DNA of 64,000 nt from positions 23,200,464 through 23,264,463 of the forward strand of contig NC_043011.1 of NCBI RefSeq assembly GCF_006345805.1, in the 5' to 3' direction. Source of the DNA: Octopus sinensis. Its lineage: Eukaryota. A program made the translations under genes and the position numbers. The notes under the pieces are model-generated. The model was not told where the DNA came from and made no database searches. It was given only the letters and a program-made list of their open reading frames with translations. Shown here one piece after another: positions 1 to 14,342 of this stretch (its first letter is position 1; each line of letters starts with the position of its first letter).

Positions 1-720
1 GTCTTGAAATATGGGGGTGATAAAATGTTTGAACTCTTAAATATATTAATTTGTCACTGTTGGAGAACTAAGAAAGTGCCTCAAGACTGGATTGATGCCA
101 TTTTAGTCTCCTTGTATAAATTGGGGCCAAAGGATCTGTGTGGTAATTTTTGTGGGATTTTGCTTTTGTTTGTGGTTGGAAAGGTACTTGCCCGCATTTT
201 GTTAGAACGCTTAAATACCTTCATAGTTCCAAATATAATGTCTGAGTCTCAGGGTGGTTTTTGTTCCTCCAGGGGCACAGCTGAATGTATCTTTATTATC
301 AGACAATTACAAGAAAAGTGCATTGAACAGAATCTTGCTCTATGCCATTTGCTTTGTTGATTTGAACAAAGTATTCAATACTGTTAATCGAAATGCTCTG
401 TAGTTAATTCTAAGAAAATAGGTTGCCTAGAAAAATTTGTAAACATGATCAGGGCTTTGCATCAAGATATGAAAACTAGAGTTAATTTTGGTGGTAGGTT
501 CTCTGAATATTTTGCTGTGGAAAATGGAGTAAAGCAACCACCCTCTTTGCAATATACTTTGCTGTTGTGTTGGCACATGCTTTTCAAAACTCTGAGGAGG
601 GTATTTACATAAAATATCGAACAACAGGGAATCTTTTTAATCTGACCAAACTGAAATTCAAGAGTTGCAGAAAAGGTGACAGATGTGTGACGAAAGATTT
701 CCAGACAATGGACATAAGAT
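1..720 (+). mobile_element. Decayed RTE-clade (BovB-like) LINE reverse transcriptase fragment
   Basis: VPQDWIDAILVSLYK...GKVLARILLERL...ESQGGF...RQLQEKCIEQN, then after a frameshift FVDLNKVFNTVNR...GVKQ. Contains stops. Confidence 0.85.
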
Positions 721-1415
721 AAAATATGAACTATAAGTAAGTGAAGAACTGATATACAGTGCATGTGTTTATTTGGCAGGTATCTTGCAAAACAAATTTA
801 TAAGTGTATGCGTGTGTATTTTTGTGTTTACCTTTGTCTAGATATGATGTGATGATTGTAAATGATCATTATCTTCATACAAGCAAGGTTGTTTGTTTTT
901 AATCTTCCATGAAAATCAAGTCTAGCTATGGGGAAAATACCACCTTGCTTGGAAACCTGAGGGCTGGCTACAGGAAGACCATCCAGTCATAGAAAATCTG
1001 CCTTGAAATATTCTGTCTGACTCATGCAAGCATGGAAAAAGGGATGTTAAATAATCATGATGATGATATGTGTGTGTGTGTAAAAATACTTCAAGTGACA
1101 GAAGCAGTATTAATACCAAAAGATAAAATTTGTCACCACTTAAAAGTGGCTATATATGTATATCTGTCTGTCTGTCTGTATGTATATAAGGCAATAAAGG
1201 AGCCTCTATGTGGTCATTTCCCATGGTAGAAATATTAGTTAAATCTGTCTTTCTAAAATAAGCAAGTACATATACTTATTGGGTAATCTAATTCATTGCC
1301 TCGTAAAAAAAGAAAAAAATATGTATGGGCAGGGTTGAAATACTTTTGCTTATGACTGTTTGAACTTGGATGACCTTGGTACAATGACCGTCTTGAATAT
1401 AAAGTTATGTTTGTG

Positions 1416-1464
<49 letters not shown>

Positions 1465-1681
1465 TCATCACTTTGTACTGTGTGTCAATGACATGTTCTA
1501 ATTTTTATGAAAGAAATTGTAACTGTTTAATTGATATTAAAGTATCGTTTTGTCTGAAATCAATTTTTTTTTGTGGCATCAGTAGAAGAACACATGATAA
1601 TTATATCCATCTGTGACCTTTATAACACCAACTGCACCAAGATCAACCTTGGTTTTATTATAGAAAAATTTCTTATTTTAA

Positions 1682-1903
1682 CTCTTTTGATACCAACCCG
1701 GCCAAAACCGCCTCCGGCTCTGTAGTACAAATGTCTTGTTTTCATAAGTATTGAATTAAAATCTTCCACCAAACCTTAGTCACAATTTATGTTCCCAACA
1801 CTAGTTTAATGATAACTAAGTTCTTTTACTAAATTCTTTGTTATATTTAAAATTAATTGACTGAAACACAAGGCATCTCAAAATAAATACAGTAACGAAA
1901 GGG
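1682..1903. mobile_element. piggyBac-type MITE
   Basis: TTAA flanks at 1678-1681 and 1904-1907. Termini CTCTTTTGATAC and reverse-complement CCCTTTCGTTAC (3 mismatches). Confidence 0.6.
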
Positions 1904-2409
1904 TTAAATTGTTTTATGTTTGAATTAAAACCTTCCATCGTAATTGTATTAAGAAATTTTTGGTTTCATTTATTAAATTATGTTTTAAATCTCATCTTAA
2001 TGAAAAGTTATTTATATTAAATTGTTTTGCATTTTTGATTAGTTTCAAAATCCACTCTTGTTCACCACTCACTGCTTTCTTCTCTATCCCCCATCTCTAT
2101 CCATCAGCCCCTCTCCCTGTGAACTTATTCACCTACCTACTTACCCTGCCCAAACCTCTCAGTCACTTCTCTTATATTTACCTTCCTGTAACTTGATGAT
2201 GTACCTTGATACATCTTTACCATCATCTTCTCACTTTTCCAACTGGGGTAGCTACATAAGACACAATAAGGCACCTATTTCTGTCTCTTGATTATACTTT
2301 AAACTCTCGTTACTCGGCAAAAAAGCCACATTGCTCAGTACCACACCCTTCTCAGTTGAGGGGTTTTTGTCTTGCAATTTACCCAGTGATCTTACTGGTG
2401 CTAGCACCT

Positions 2410-2760
2410 GGGCATGGACACATTAAAGCTCCAATGTCTGGAAACTGATTTTGTAGATACCCACAAAATTATCTACCATCTTTCCAACAACAACCTTGAG
2501 TACCTTTTTGAATTCCATATGTCCAACACTTGTGGGCATGCTTATAAAATCAAAAATCAACACAGCACCCATGGCATTTGGAAACATTTTTTCACTCTAA
2601 GAATTGCTGAAGCATGGAATAAACTACCTGCATCAATTGTTTGCTGTCGAGACACTATCCTTCGAAACTTCCATGCTTCCTGAAATTTGCCAACAGTACA
2701 CCTGATACCCCACTAATACCATTTTTTTAAAGACTTATTCACTGATCACTTCTTGGGCAT
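2410..2760 (+). mobile_element. CR1-like LINE 3' end remnant
   Basis: TCGHAYKIKNQ...KHFFTLRIAEAWNKLPASIV resembles the CR1 ORF2 C-terminal TRGH..KL...FFS.RVV..WN.LP motif. Confidence 0.7.
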
Positions 2761-3249
2761 ATTGTATGTAGTGTTCATGCATTTTTGGTAGCATTTTCTG
2801 ATGAGCTGTACACCTGAGCATTGTATACAATGAATTATTATTATAAAAAGTATCCAGTACACTTTGTAAAGTGTTGGCATTAGGAATGACATGCAGCTGT
2901 AGAAGTTATGCCAAAATAGGTTGCAAGCTCCTGTTAAACAATCCAAATTATGTCAGAATGGAAAGCCCATGTTGAGTAATGGTGATGACATGAAATTTTG
3001 TGAGTAATATGTTAGAAATATATCAGATTGATTAAAAGAATTGATTAAAATAATTTTTTAATTTCTCTTTCAGAGGTTTGTGGCATGGTCCTGGAGCATT
3101 TCGCAAGATTTTCAACTTTTGGCGTAATTAATCTTTTCTGGAAATCTGGGAATCTCTCTTTTTTGTAGAGATGTTGCGATTTTGTTGTGTGAAACCTTTA
3201 TCAACCAAGTGATGTAGCTATACAAGTCAAACATATTCACACGTCTATA

Positions 3250-4152
3250 CATATGTATATGTATATATGTTAGTTATATATTAAGATATATATATATATA
3301 TATATACAAATATACATATATGTATATAAAAATATATACAAATATATATATATATATATATATAGATATATACAAATAATATATATATATATATACAAAT
3401 ATATATATATATAGATATATACAAATATATATATATAGATATATACAATATATATATATATAGATATATACAAATATATTATATATATATATAGATATAT
3501 ACAATATATATATATATATATATATAGATATATACAAATTTATATATATAGGTATATATATATATATATATATATATAGGTATATATTATATATATATAT
3601 ATACAAATTTATATATAGGTATATATATATATATATAGATATATACAAATTTATATATATAGGTATATATATATATATATATAGATATATACAAATTTAT
3701 ATATAGGTATATACAAATTTATATATAGGTATATACAAATTATATATATAGATATATACAAATATATATATATATAATATATATATACAAATTTATATAT
3801 ATAGGTATATACAAATTTATATATATAGGTATATACAAATTTATATATATAGATATATAAAATTTATATATATATATAGATATATATACAAATATATATA
3901 TACACATACATATATATATATATATATAAATAAATATATATAATATATATATATATACAAATATATATATATACAAATATATATATACAAATATATATAT
4001 ATACAAATATATATACAAATATATATATATATATATATAATACACAAATATATATATATATCCACAAATATATATATACACAAATATATATATATATCCA
4101 CAAATATATATATACACAAATATATATATATATCCACAATATATATATATAC

Positions 4153-4212
<60 letters not shown>

Positions 4213-4295
4213 AATATAATATATATATGTAAGTATACGTGTGTGTGTGTACATATAGTTGTATGTATGTACACACGCACACACATATATACATA

Positions 4296-4334
<39 letters not shown>

Positions 4335-4335
4335 G
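3250..4335. repeat. About 1.1-kb compound (TA)n microsatellite with CAA/GAT/GGT interruptions
   Basis: Visible directly. It generates spurious YI-rich ORFs. Confidence 0.95.
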
Positions 4336-4881
4336 AACACACACAAATCTCATATTTTCATACCTTTCACTTAGAATGTGAATGTTGGACTTCTTTTTCC
4401 AAACAACTATTTTCGTCTCATATTCTCTTATTTTTGTATTCACTGAAAGGTTTAGAAGATTGTTAAAGCATCCAACAAAACTCTTTGGGGTATTTTGTTT
4501 TGCCATTTTCTTTCATCAGTTTGAATCCTGCTTCTTGCCAAGTAGATTTTTACCTTTCCATACTTAGAGCGGAAAGATCAATGAAGTAGGTGTCTACCAA
4601 CTAAGCACTGAGGTTGATTTAATCAATTGTCCCCTTCCCTCCACAAAATTTGTGGCTTTGTACAAATGCTAGAAACCTTAATAATCCTTTATACAGTAGG
4701 TTCAAGGCCTGAAATTTTGCGGGAGTGGATAATTGATTTCATCAACCCCTGTGCCTAATTGGTGCTCGTTTCATTGACTCCTACAAGTTTGAAGGCAAAA
4801 TCAAACTTGACAGAATTTGACTCAGAATGTAAAGAGGGATACTAAGCACTGTGTCCAATGTGCATCGCCTTCAAGAAACCG

Positions 4882-4915
<34 letters not shown>

Positions 4916-5547
4916 AATAATCATTATTATTGTTAAATGTCATTATAGGAAGAAGTGAGAAATGAGTATTGAATTAATATAATGATATTAATCATCCTTG
5001 TTGTTTTTGTTACTATTACTATTCTTGTTATTATTGTTATTGTTTATGCATAACAGAAAATTGTGGTGATGGTGGTAGTATGAAATAACTAACAACCAAA
5101 TCTCTATTAAATTATACCCTGCTATTTGTAAGAAGAAGAATATTAGAGAATGTAGTACTAGTCCAGTACCAGAAAAATAAAAAGGAAAGAAAAATGCAAG
5201 ATGATCATGGCTTGAATACTTATGGTCATTGGTCTGCTCATTCAGGTCAGGTCTTTGACCTGGGGCTAAACAACACAACAAAAGTGTCATTGTTTTGTTT
5301 AAATATGTAAATATAAAAGAACTGTTGTTTATTTGTTTTTGTTATTTTAGTTTCCTGTTTTGAGATACAGTCACCTCTTTTCCAAAAAAATTTTATCTTA
5401 AAACAAACATCCTACTCTAAAAACTCTATTACTTCCTCCACCATTCTTCCCGACTAGTTGTCTGAGAGGATTGTGTGGGTTTGTATTGTAACTCTTGTGG
5501 GTGTAGACTCCATTAGCTAAAGGTTGTCTCCATCAATTCTCTTTCTC

Positions 5548-5745
5548 TTTTATCTCTTTTACTTGTTTCAGTCATTTGACTGCGGCCATGCTGGAGCACC
5601 GCCTTCAGTCGAGCAAATTGACCCCAGGACCCACTCCTTGTAAGCCCAGTACTTATTCTATCGGTCTCTTTTGCCGAACCGCTAAGTGACGGGGACGTAA
5701 ACACACCAGCATCGGTTGTCAAGCAATGCTAGGGAGACAGACACA

Positions 5746-5785
<40 letters not shown>

Positions 5786-5957
5786 TATATATACATATAT
5801 ACGACAGGCTTCTTTCAGCTTCTGTCTACCAAATCCACTCACAAGGCATTGGTCGGCCCGGGGCTATAGCAGAAGACACTTGCCCAAGATGCCATGCAGT
5901 GGGACTGAACCCGGAACCATATGGTTGGTTAGCAAGCTACTTACCACACAGCCACTC
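5548..5957 (-). mobile_element. tRNA-headed SINE, family A
   Basis: Reverse complement of the recurrent GGAGTGGCTGTGTGGTAAGTAGCTTG...GGGTTCAGTCCC...(TA/TG)n...GACTGAAACAAGTAAAAGAG unit. Confidence 0.85.
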
Positions 5958-6339
5958 ATTTGTGTTGAATGGGGATTGCTTTCTTTTAATTAAGGTTTGT
6001 TTTGTTTTGTGTTGTTTTAACACTGAAACTATCCCCGAGTCTATTGTGTTTGTTGTAAAGAATTGTTCTCTTAACAGTAGAGAGGGTTTTAATCAGGGTT
6101 ATCTTTATTCAACTCATCAGAACTGGGTTTTTTTGTTAGATGAAACACAAGCACGGTTGTGTTGTTAAGAAGATAGCTTCCTAATCATATGCTCTCAGAT
6201 CAATCACACTGTGCAGCATATCGGGCAAATGTCTTCGGCTGCAGTCCCTGGCTAACCAAATTCTTGTGAGTGGATGTGGTACATGGAAATTGTAAGAAGC
6301 CCATTGTGTGTGTGTGTGTGTACTGTTGTCTTGATGTCA

Positions 6340-7000
6340 CATGAGGGTTGTAAATGAATCATTCTGTCATACAAGGGAAGTTGTTCATTTCCAGTTTTCT
6401 GTGAAAAAAAGTTTGCCCCATGGTGGGGAGAGGGATACATTACCTTGTCTGAAAACAGATGAGGGCTGTCACAACAAATTTCATCTGACCCTTGCAAGAA
6501 GCATAGAAAAAAGGTTGTTAAATGATGACAATGAGCTGAAATTGTCAAAGAGGAAAACATCTAAGGAAGAAATAAGTATTAAAGGTTTGTTTTTTTAATT
6601 TTTAGTGTAAAGCCAGAGAGCAGTAATGTTCATGCCTTCTCAAAAACATTAACATTTATGAGAGAGTACTGAAAGGTTCCTGGCTTTGAGTAAAAGAAAA
6701 TATAGGTGGATCAGTTAATTATGATTTTATTCAACATATTCTCCTCCCAGATTCACACATTTATTGTAGTGGCCCTTCAGTTTTTCTAAGTCCTGTAAAA
6801 AGCATCAGCTTTAACCTTTGTGGTTGCAGAAGTTGGCCGTCCTGACCAGGTTCATCTGTGTGGAGTAAGATGGCCAGCCATCTCACCATGAATTTCCACC
6901 ACTCCTATGCCTTGCAAAAAGAACTTCATGACTGCTTCTGTTTCAGTTTTACCAAAATCTCCTGAAGGAGCTGCCATCTTGTGTTAAATCTGCAAAATAC
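6340..7000 (-). mobile_element. Decayed mariner-like fragments
   Basis: Terminal-like segment GTACTGAAAGGTTCCTGGCTTTG at about 6665 and weak transposase-like residues. Recognised only as a recurrent repeat. Confidence 0.35.
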
Positions 7001-7811
7001 AGAAAGATATATTGTATACCATCATTATATTTTGCTTATTTTCTCCTAAATAGTTGTCCTACCTCCCCTGTAAAGATAACAGGTCTTACCCTTTTGTGAG
7101 ACCCCTAAAAACCAAGAACTTTTCAGCATCCCATCATATACTCTTACTCTTTTTTACTTGTTTCAGTCATGTGACTGTGGTCATGCTGGAGCATCGCCTT
7201 TAGTCGACCAAATCGATCCCAGGACTTATTCTTTGTAAGCCTAGCCAGGCTCATGGGCCCAGTTTCCCGGTTTCTATGGCGTATGTGTTCCCCAGCTGGA
7301 CGGGACGCCAGTCCATCGCAGCGTTACTCATTTTTGCCAGCTGAGTGGACTGGAGCAATGTGAAATGAAGTGTTTTGCTCAAGAACACAATGCGTTGTCT
7401 GGTCCAGGAATCAAAACCACAATCTTATGATCATGATGCTGACACCCTAACCACTAAGTCACGCACCCCCACAGTGATGGACAAAGTACAATTAAAATAC
7501 TAAGTACTTTAATAAAGAAACAGACAAAAGAAAAGAAAATGGTCAAGTTGACTAAAAATTACCTTTCTATCTTAAAGGTCAGATTATAAGGAAGAAAGTT
7601 CAAAACAGACTGAAGAATAAAGAATAAAATTAAGAATTTGAAGATAAAAGGATAATGTGGTGAAGACTGACCATTACAGTACTTATCAACTGTTTCCTTG
7701 TCTCTTTTAAGCATGTAAATTACCATCCATCTCTTATGACAAAACAACTGGCCCAACTGACTCAAAAGTGCCTCTATTTAAAACTGATTTACGACCAGCT
7801 ATTTTTTATGT

Positions 7812-8215
7812 AGCTGTGTGGTAAGTAGCTTGCTTACCAACCACATGGTTCCGGGTTCAGTCCCACTGCTTGGTACCTTGGGCAAGTGTCTTCTACTATA
7901 GCCTCAGGCTGACCAAAGCCTTGTGAGTGGATTTGGTAGACGGAAACTGAAAGAAGCCCATCGTATATATGTATATATATATATGTATGTGTGTGTTTGT
8001 GTGTCTGTGTTTGTCCCTCCAACATCGCTTGACAACCGATGCTGGTGTGTTTACGTCTCCATAACTTAGCGGTTCGGCAAAAGAGACTGATAGAATAAGT
8101 ACTAGGCCTACAGAGAATAAGTCCTGGGGTCGATTTGCTCGACTAAAGGCAGTGCTCCAGCATTGCCGCAGTCAAATGACTGAAACAAGTAAAAGATAGG
8201 GAGTAAAGAGTAAGA
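7812..8215 (+). mobile_element. SINE family A
   Basis: Near full-length unit with internal (TA)/(TG) tract and AAAAGAG tail. Confidence 0.85.
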
Positions 8216-8649
8216 GTAGATATCCTTACCTGCCCTGTATACATATTCATCCATGTACCAACTTAGATGGTTATCTATATTGTTTTATATATAGATCCAT
8301 GCCTATTTATGTGGTGATTTGCTGTACTTGACAAGACATGTCAATCTAAGTAAAATCGCTGTCTTCCACACATACAGGCTTGTCCTTTTATCAGGTGCTG
8401 GTGCCACATAAAAAAGCACCTATGCCGGTGCTGCATAAATGCACCTGTGCCAGTAACACATAAAAAGCACCCAGCACACTGTTAAGTGGTTGGCGTTAGG
8501 AAGGGCATCCAGCCATAGAAACAATTTGACATTTAGAGTCTGGATAGCTTCCAGCCAGCCAGCTCTATGTTAAACCGTCCAACCCATTCTAGCATGGAAA
8601 GTAGACGTTAATCAATGATGATAACTATTTATATATACACGTATATCTG

Positions 8650-8990
8650 TGAAGGCGCATATCTCAGTGGTTAGAGCATCGAGCTTACGATCGCGAGGTT
8701 GTGAGCTCGAATCCCGGACTGGGCTGCGTGTTGTGTTCTTGAGCAAGACACTTTATTTCACGTTGCTCCAGTTCACTCAGCTGTAGAAATGAGTTGCGAC
8801 GTCACAGGTGGCCAAGCTGTATCAGCCTTTGCCTTTCCCTTGGATAACACAGGTGGCGTGGAGAGGGGAGGCTGGTATGCATGGGTGACTGCTGGTCTTC
8901 CATAAACAACCTTGCCCGGACTTGTGCCTGGAAGGGTAACTTTCTAGGTGCAATCCCATGGTCAGTGTCGTGACCGAAGGGGGTCTCAGA
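8650..8990 (+). mobile_element. tRNA-headed SINE, family B
   Basis: A/B-box-like head (CTCAGTGGTTAGAGC...CGAATCC) followed by TTGAGCAAGACACTTTATTTCACGTTGCTCCAG. The same core recurs at about 24143, 26460 and 55262. Confidence 0.75.
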
Positions 8991-9239
8991 ATACACACAT
9001 ATCTGCTTCCTACTAATATTATGACTATCTTTACTATTTATATCGATATATAATGTTAGGTCGAAAGTCTAACTAACATACAGTGTAGTGTGTATATTTT
9101 TATATATCCACACATATAATCTATATATAGATGTATGTGCAAAAACATACGTGTATTCATCTATACATGCTCATATATATACTTCTTACATTCTAATTAT
9201 TATAGAGTGAAGAAAGAAATAGTATAATAAAGTAAAATA

Positions 9240-9270
<31 letters not shown>

Positions 9271-10149
9271 TATGCACACAGATCGGAGCCAGTTGTTTTG
9301 CTGTGCGAGTCAGGGTAATTTATACATCAGTTGTCAAATGATGGAAGGGGGACAAACATAGATGCAAGGACATACACATACAACGGGCTTCTTTCAGTTT
9401 CCAGCTGTCAAACCCACAAACAAGGCTTTGGTTGGCAAGAGGCTATAGTAGAAGGCACTTGCCCAAAGTATCATACTGTGGGACAGAACCCGAAACCATG
9501 TGGTTGGGAAGCAAATTTCTTACCACAGCAACGCCTGCGCCTATTATACACGCGCGCACACACACACGTATATGAGATACTTTTTTAAAAGTCAACTGAG
9601 GAGATACATCTACACTATGATGCATGACAATTGTTTGTACCGTATATCACCTGTAAGGTATCGGTGTACGATGAATCGAAACGATCGTAGTGGTTATGAA
9701 TAAAATGTCTCGGGAATTTTATTTTCTGCCTCGCATTTTCTTTATAGAAACGGACACAAAAGAATTCCTGAGGTAAATCCAGTGGAATATACCTCCACAC
9801 TGTTGTTGACTTCAAGTAAACGATTACTGTGGACGGGCTTTAGACATCATGCTACAATGTGTATACCCAAATATAAAATTATTACTAATACCAACTAGTA
9901 TCCTATACCCGGAGAAAGTTACTATTACGTAGTGTGCTTCGAAAATAGGAAAAAATCACATTCGATGTTTCGTTGAAAGATATATCAGTACATAGCAAGA
10001 ATGAATACACTAAGAAATTCTCAGAGAGTACTAGCTATTTTATACGTAGAATGCAGTGGAAAGCATTCTTCTTCGACAGGAAGGATAGTACACATTATTA
10101 GAAAAGATCGGTGGATACACTTGGACAGGAACTTAAATCCCTGAAAAAC

Positions 10150-11780
10150 CCAACTGCTAATCAATACTGAGCACCATTCGAAGACAACTTTATAAAATCA
10201 TTTTTAAAATGTTAAATTCCAAAAATAACCCAGGAGAAATAACTGACACCAGCAAAAATTATGGAAAGTACTAAAAGATTTTAAACAAACACCAAGGATT
10301 TTAGCACCAGCAGACAAGTCCGGTAATCTTCACATTGTGAAAACTGAACTATACCAGGAATTAATTAGAAAAGAACAATGCAATAAGTACAAATATGCAC
10401 CCCAAAACACACCAACAAATATAAATGATAAGGGATTCGACATAGTCACTAGACGAAGAATACAAGATAGTACAGAACTGTATGTCCCTAGAAAACCTAG
10501 GATAAATTTAAAGGACCATAAGAATAATTTTAATAACGATTCCCAGTTACATTGATATGCCTCTCCAAATCGGATATAGGTCGGATTAGCAAAACTATTA
10601 CCGACAGAGTAATGCTAATCCTTAAATCTTAAATTAGACTGTAACTGTGGTTTGATACTCAGGAGGAAATCGGGTGATTTATGGAACTAGAGATAAATAA
10701 TAGTAATAATTTATACAACTAGACATAGCTAGCTATTACTCCACTATTAATCCCATTTTTCTAAATAAGACCTTAACTTTTACAATGCGGAATACGGATT
10801 TATCTAGATCAGAGATAGAAATTATATTAGCCGCGCAAGGAGGTATGGTAGATTTCGATTGGAATCTTTGGTGTAGATCAGATAAGGTAGATTTTTTGAT
10901 ACAGCAATGAGATCTAGTGACTCAGCACAAGTCACGGATCTTGTTGGAGTATACCAAATCGAATTCTGGTTACCAAAGATGGGGTGGGGGCGGGTCTATA
11001 TGACGACGCTTCATACTAGACCAGTATAGTAAGGTAGAAATGGAGAGACAGAAAACTTTATAAATTATTCAAACGTTTTTTTGTTATCTCTTACCATTGG
11101 AAATAATTACTGTAAGGTAAATTTTCTAGATGCAACTTTTAGTTTAGATATAGGATTATTTGAGCTTTTCCACAAGCAAATTGAGAACCTGAGGTACATT
11201 AATGTACAGTCAAGTCATCTGCCTTCTATAATAAAAGGACTAGTAAAACACATGTCTAATAGAATATCAAGATTATCAGTGAACGAAGCAAATTTTAACG
11301 CACATGCATCCTATTATAATGCTACATTGGTTGGGATTGGATATACAGAAAAACAAAAGATATGTATGATAATAATATAGTTAATTCTTGTAGCTACGAT
11401 ACTAAGAGAACTAAACCTCCCATAAGGACACTAAATTGTAAATACAGAATTGAGGAAGACGGTCAGATTAAACTACGAATAAGAAAAAGATGCTAAAAGT
11501 AAAATAGGAACTGAAACTAAGGAACACCAAAATATGAAGTTTAAACATAACCCATTAGATAGTGACACTTCCACACCGTATATTAGCAACAACAAAGTGG
11601 ACAAAAAGTATAAGAAATCAGATGTTTTATAGTATAATTCTATCTATAGCTTACAAATATCTCAGATTGCCAAGGAATTTTTTTTACCCCATTGGATAAA
11701 TGTTATCCAAAATCTAATAGATACCACAAGATTTTTTAACAGACATACAGTGAAGGTTTCATATGTAAAATGAAGTGGCC
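10150..11780 (+). mobile_element. Decayed Penelope-like element, RT region
   Basis: Broken motifs ILAPADKSGN, LKDHKNNF, SKSDIGRISK, LDIASYYSTI, AMRSSDSAQVTDLVGVY, GLY.DD, VNFLDATF, YINVQSSHLPSII, KIFNRHTVKVSY. Many stops and frameshifts. Confidence 0.8.
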
Positions 11781-12559
11781 GATGATAATTCGAAATTAGA
11801 CCAGAAGATAAATAACACAGTTAGTGAGGAAACAATAAAGGATAATTTAGCTAATAAGGACTCTGATAATAAGGAAGAAACAAGTCAGGCAGTTCCCGAT
11901 AATTACAATAGAATTAATAGTATAAGTAAATACAGTGAAATGTTAAAAATTCGAATGCTCATAATACTCATATAATGTGAACTTAACGAAAGCCAATTAG
12001 GACCAAATGATAATAAATGAAAAAGGAAATACAAGGAATGGAAGAAAAAAGAATAACGAAACAGTAAATAGACAACTAAAGAACAATGTACATTCTAGGA
12101 CAAAGGCGCATCTCCTCAACAAAACCAGTGCATACGTCGTAACATATTATATACAAATGCACAGTGAATAGCAGAGGAGACGTATATATGTATATAGGGG
12201 TGTCGCAACCGTGTTGCCTGTTTCAATAGAATTGATAAGAGGTATTCTACTTCAGTAGCTAATTTCATATGGAGACTAAAAGAAGAAATTGAATATTGTA
12301 TTACTTGGTCCATAATAAAAAATGCACAACTATATAATACTTTTTCTATAAATTTTCATCTGTGCTCTGGGAATCCCTGTGCATTTTATTGAGTGAAGAG
12401 AACTTAGTAAACAGATGCTCCAAAAGAAGTAAAAGATGTAACTCTAAACTCAAGTACACATTTCCACGATATAACAGGAACAATTAATTATTGTAACTAC
12501 CTATAGTTAGCAGACTTAATCTTTCTTCTTGTTTACCTTTCGATTAAGTGTTCTATGCG

Positions 12560-13640
12560 CTTATTTTTCAGGACCTACCAAAAGAACCTCGAAAGAAGTA
12601 GACTTCCAAGATTCCGAGGGTTACTCGTGGAAACCCCACAAACCATAGTTACCTTGACCATGAAAGCGAGAACTTTCTCTGATGTTCTCGCTTCATCCAC
12701 AGAGTAGGCCAATTCATTCGGTCCATACTCGTCAATCTCACCCATTTGCAACAAGTCTGCAGGAAGCTAGCATCTCACAGTGAAGCCTCAATTTTCTTTT
12801 CAAAGTTAACGAAGGCTTGGCCAAAGTAGAAGGTATTTGTCTTCAGCCTTTTCGGCTTGGTCCTTCACAGAACCTCTTTTGCTAAAGCCACCAGACAAAA
12901 TAAAAAAAACTGCTTGTCCTTCCCGGTGAAACGAAGGCGGCTTGACGACTTTTCCGATGTGTCTTTCTTCAGCCATTTCAGCCTCGTCCACCAGATAATA
13001 TCTTTCGTTATAGCCACTGAACAGAGGAGAACTGCCTGCCCTTTTACCCCAAGGAAAGGCAGTTTTCGATGGAGTTGGTTGATAGCCGGATTTGCCCTAC
13101 ACGGATCTGTCCTACATGGAACATGTGATAGAAGCAGTTCAACATAATTTCACAAGTCAGCAAATGCACGAGTAGTGTACGAGTGCGTGTAGGATGTTTT
13201 CGTCGCTCTGCGTGCATCTCGGACTGGCATGGCTGATGGTACTACCAAACATGTAGGCGTTGACCACTTCTATCTGACCCTTCAGGGATATCTTCCTCTC
13301 GGTTCATTTCTAGGTAAGACTAGCCCCCTGCTCGTTACCTCGCCCTCATCTAATTCCTCACCTAGAGATCGAAATCAAACCAGACCCCGAGCAATTAAAC
13401 CTCTACATCCGCCCAGAGCTCCCCGACTGTTGGACGGTATGGATCTGCCTTTCCAGGTTCCCACCTGCAGGACCAGCGACTTTTCTTGGTTGGTTTGGGC
13501 TCCTGTAACTGCCTCGTATTTCCTTTGAGCAGTGCTGATCATTTCGGTGTTTTCGGTGTCTGACACTACGATGACATCGACCATATAAACCGAGACATAT
13601 TTTTGCATTCTAGTTCTCTCAAAGTCTCTTGTTCTCACGT
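12560..13640 (-). mobile_element. Decayed, internally deleted L1/Tx1-clade LINE ORF2
   Basis: SVYMVDVIVVSD...YEAVTGAQTNQEKSLVLQVGTWKGRSIP (degenerate YADD region), then KVVKPPSFHREGQAVF and a KRKLR...KWVRLTSM C-terminus. Confidence 0.75.
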
Positions 13641-14342
13641 TATGACTCTGAAGTCAGTACATATAGAAAAGACAAGAGGAGACAACCATCGCAAACTGAG
13701 CTCGTGAACTATAATGAATAGTTCCGTTTGGTGGGCCATTGACCACGCGGCATTTCTATGAAAGCGATCCCAAGCTACGCGCATTCACATTGCCTGCTCC
13801 CAAGCTACGCACATCGAAAAGGCCATGCTAAATAAAACGAACACAAACCTTATTCCCGTAGATGTTTCGTCCTCTTGGCTATTTGTGAGTGTTTCCACGA
13901 GTAAGTTTTTGATGAGTTTATTAACATCCCCCCGGAAATTTCATATTTCATCGGAGTATTTGGTTTTTAAAGTCTTGTGTTTTATGTTGTTTTGATGATT
14001 TCAATATGTTTGCTATTTTTGCCGCGATGTAGTTTCCGTGCAACATAATTACTGTGCATAATGTTTGTGTGCGATTCATAAACATTTTGTTGCTTGTGTC
14101 TACGGCTGTGTAGTTAATGACTTCATTTTTCTATGTTCATGTTGGGTGGTGCTGTTGGTCGCGAGTATGAATTACGTTATGCTTGAGTTTCTAACGTTGG
14201 AGCGTCTGTGGCGGAGATGATGGTGACGATGGTGGTGATGGTGGCGGTGGTGGTGGTGGTGCTGCCGATGATGATAGTGATGTTGATAGTACTGATGTTG
14301 TTGTGAGGTGGTGTTGGTGGGACGTTGTTTTATTCCACTCTT

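Noticed and set aside
2789-2830. CTGATGA-GCT...AGC as a hammerhead
   Set aside because: No GAAA core or stem I follows stem II. It is part of a CR1-like 3' UTR.
3270-4506. Long YI/IY-rich ORFs (up to 221 aa), and similar HT/CV/ER-rich ORFs across the window
   Set aside because: These are translations of (TA)n, (CA)n, (GA)n and (TACA)n microsatellites, not genes.
4410-4530. Minus-strand CTGATGA ... CGAAA about 100 nt apart
   Set aside because: No convincing stem II or helix III between the core halves.
8650-8725. tRNA-like sequences (also at 24143, 33228, 55262)
   Set aside because: A/B boxes are present but there is no complete cloverleaf or acceptor stem, and each continues into a SINE body.
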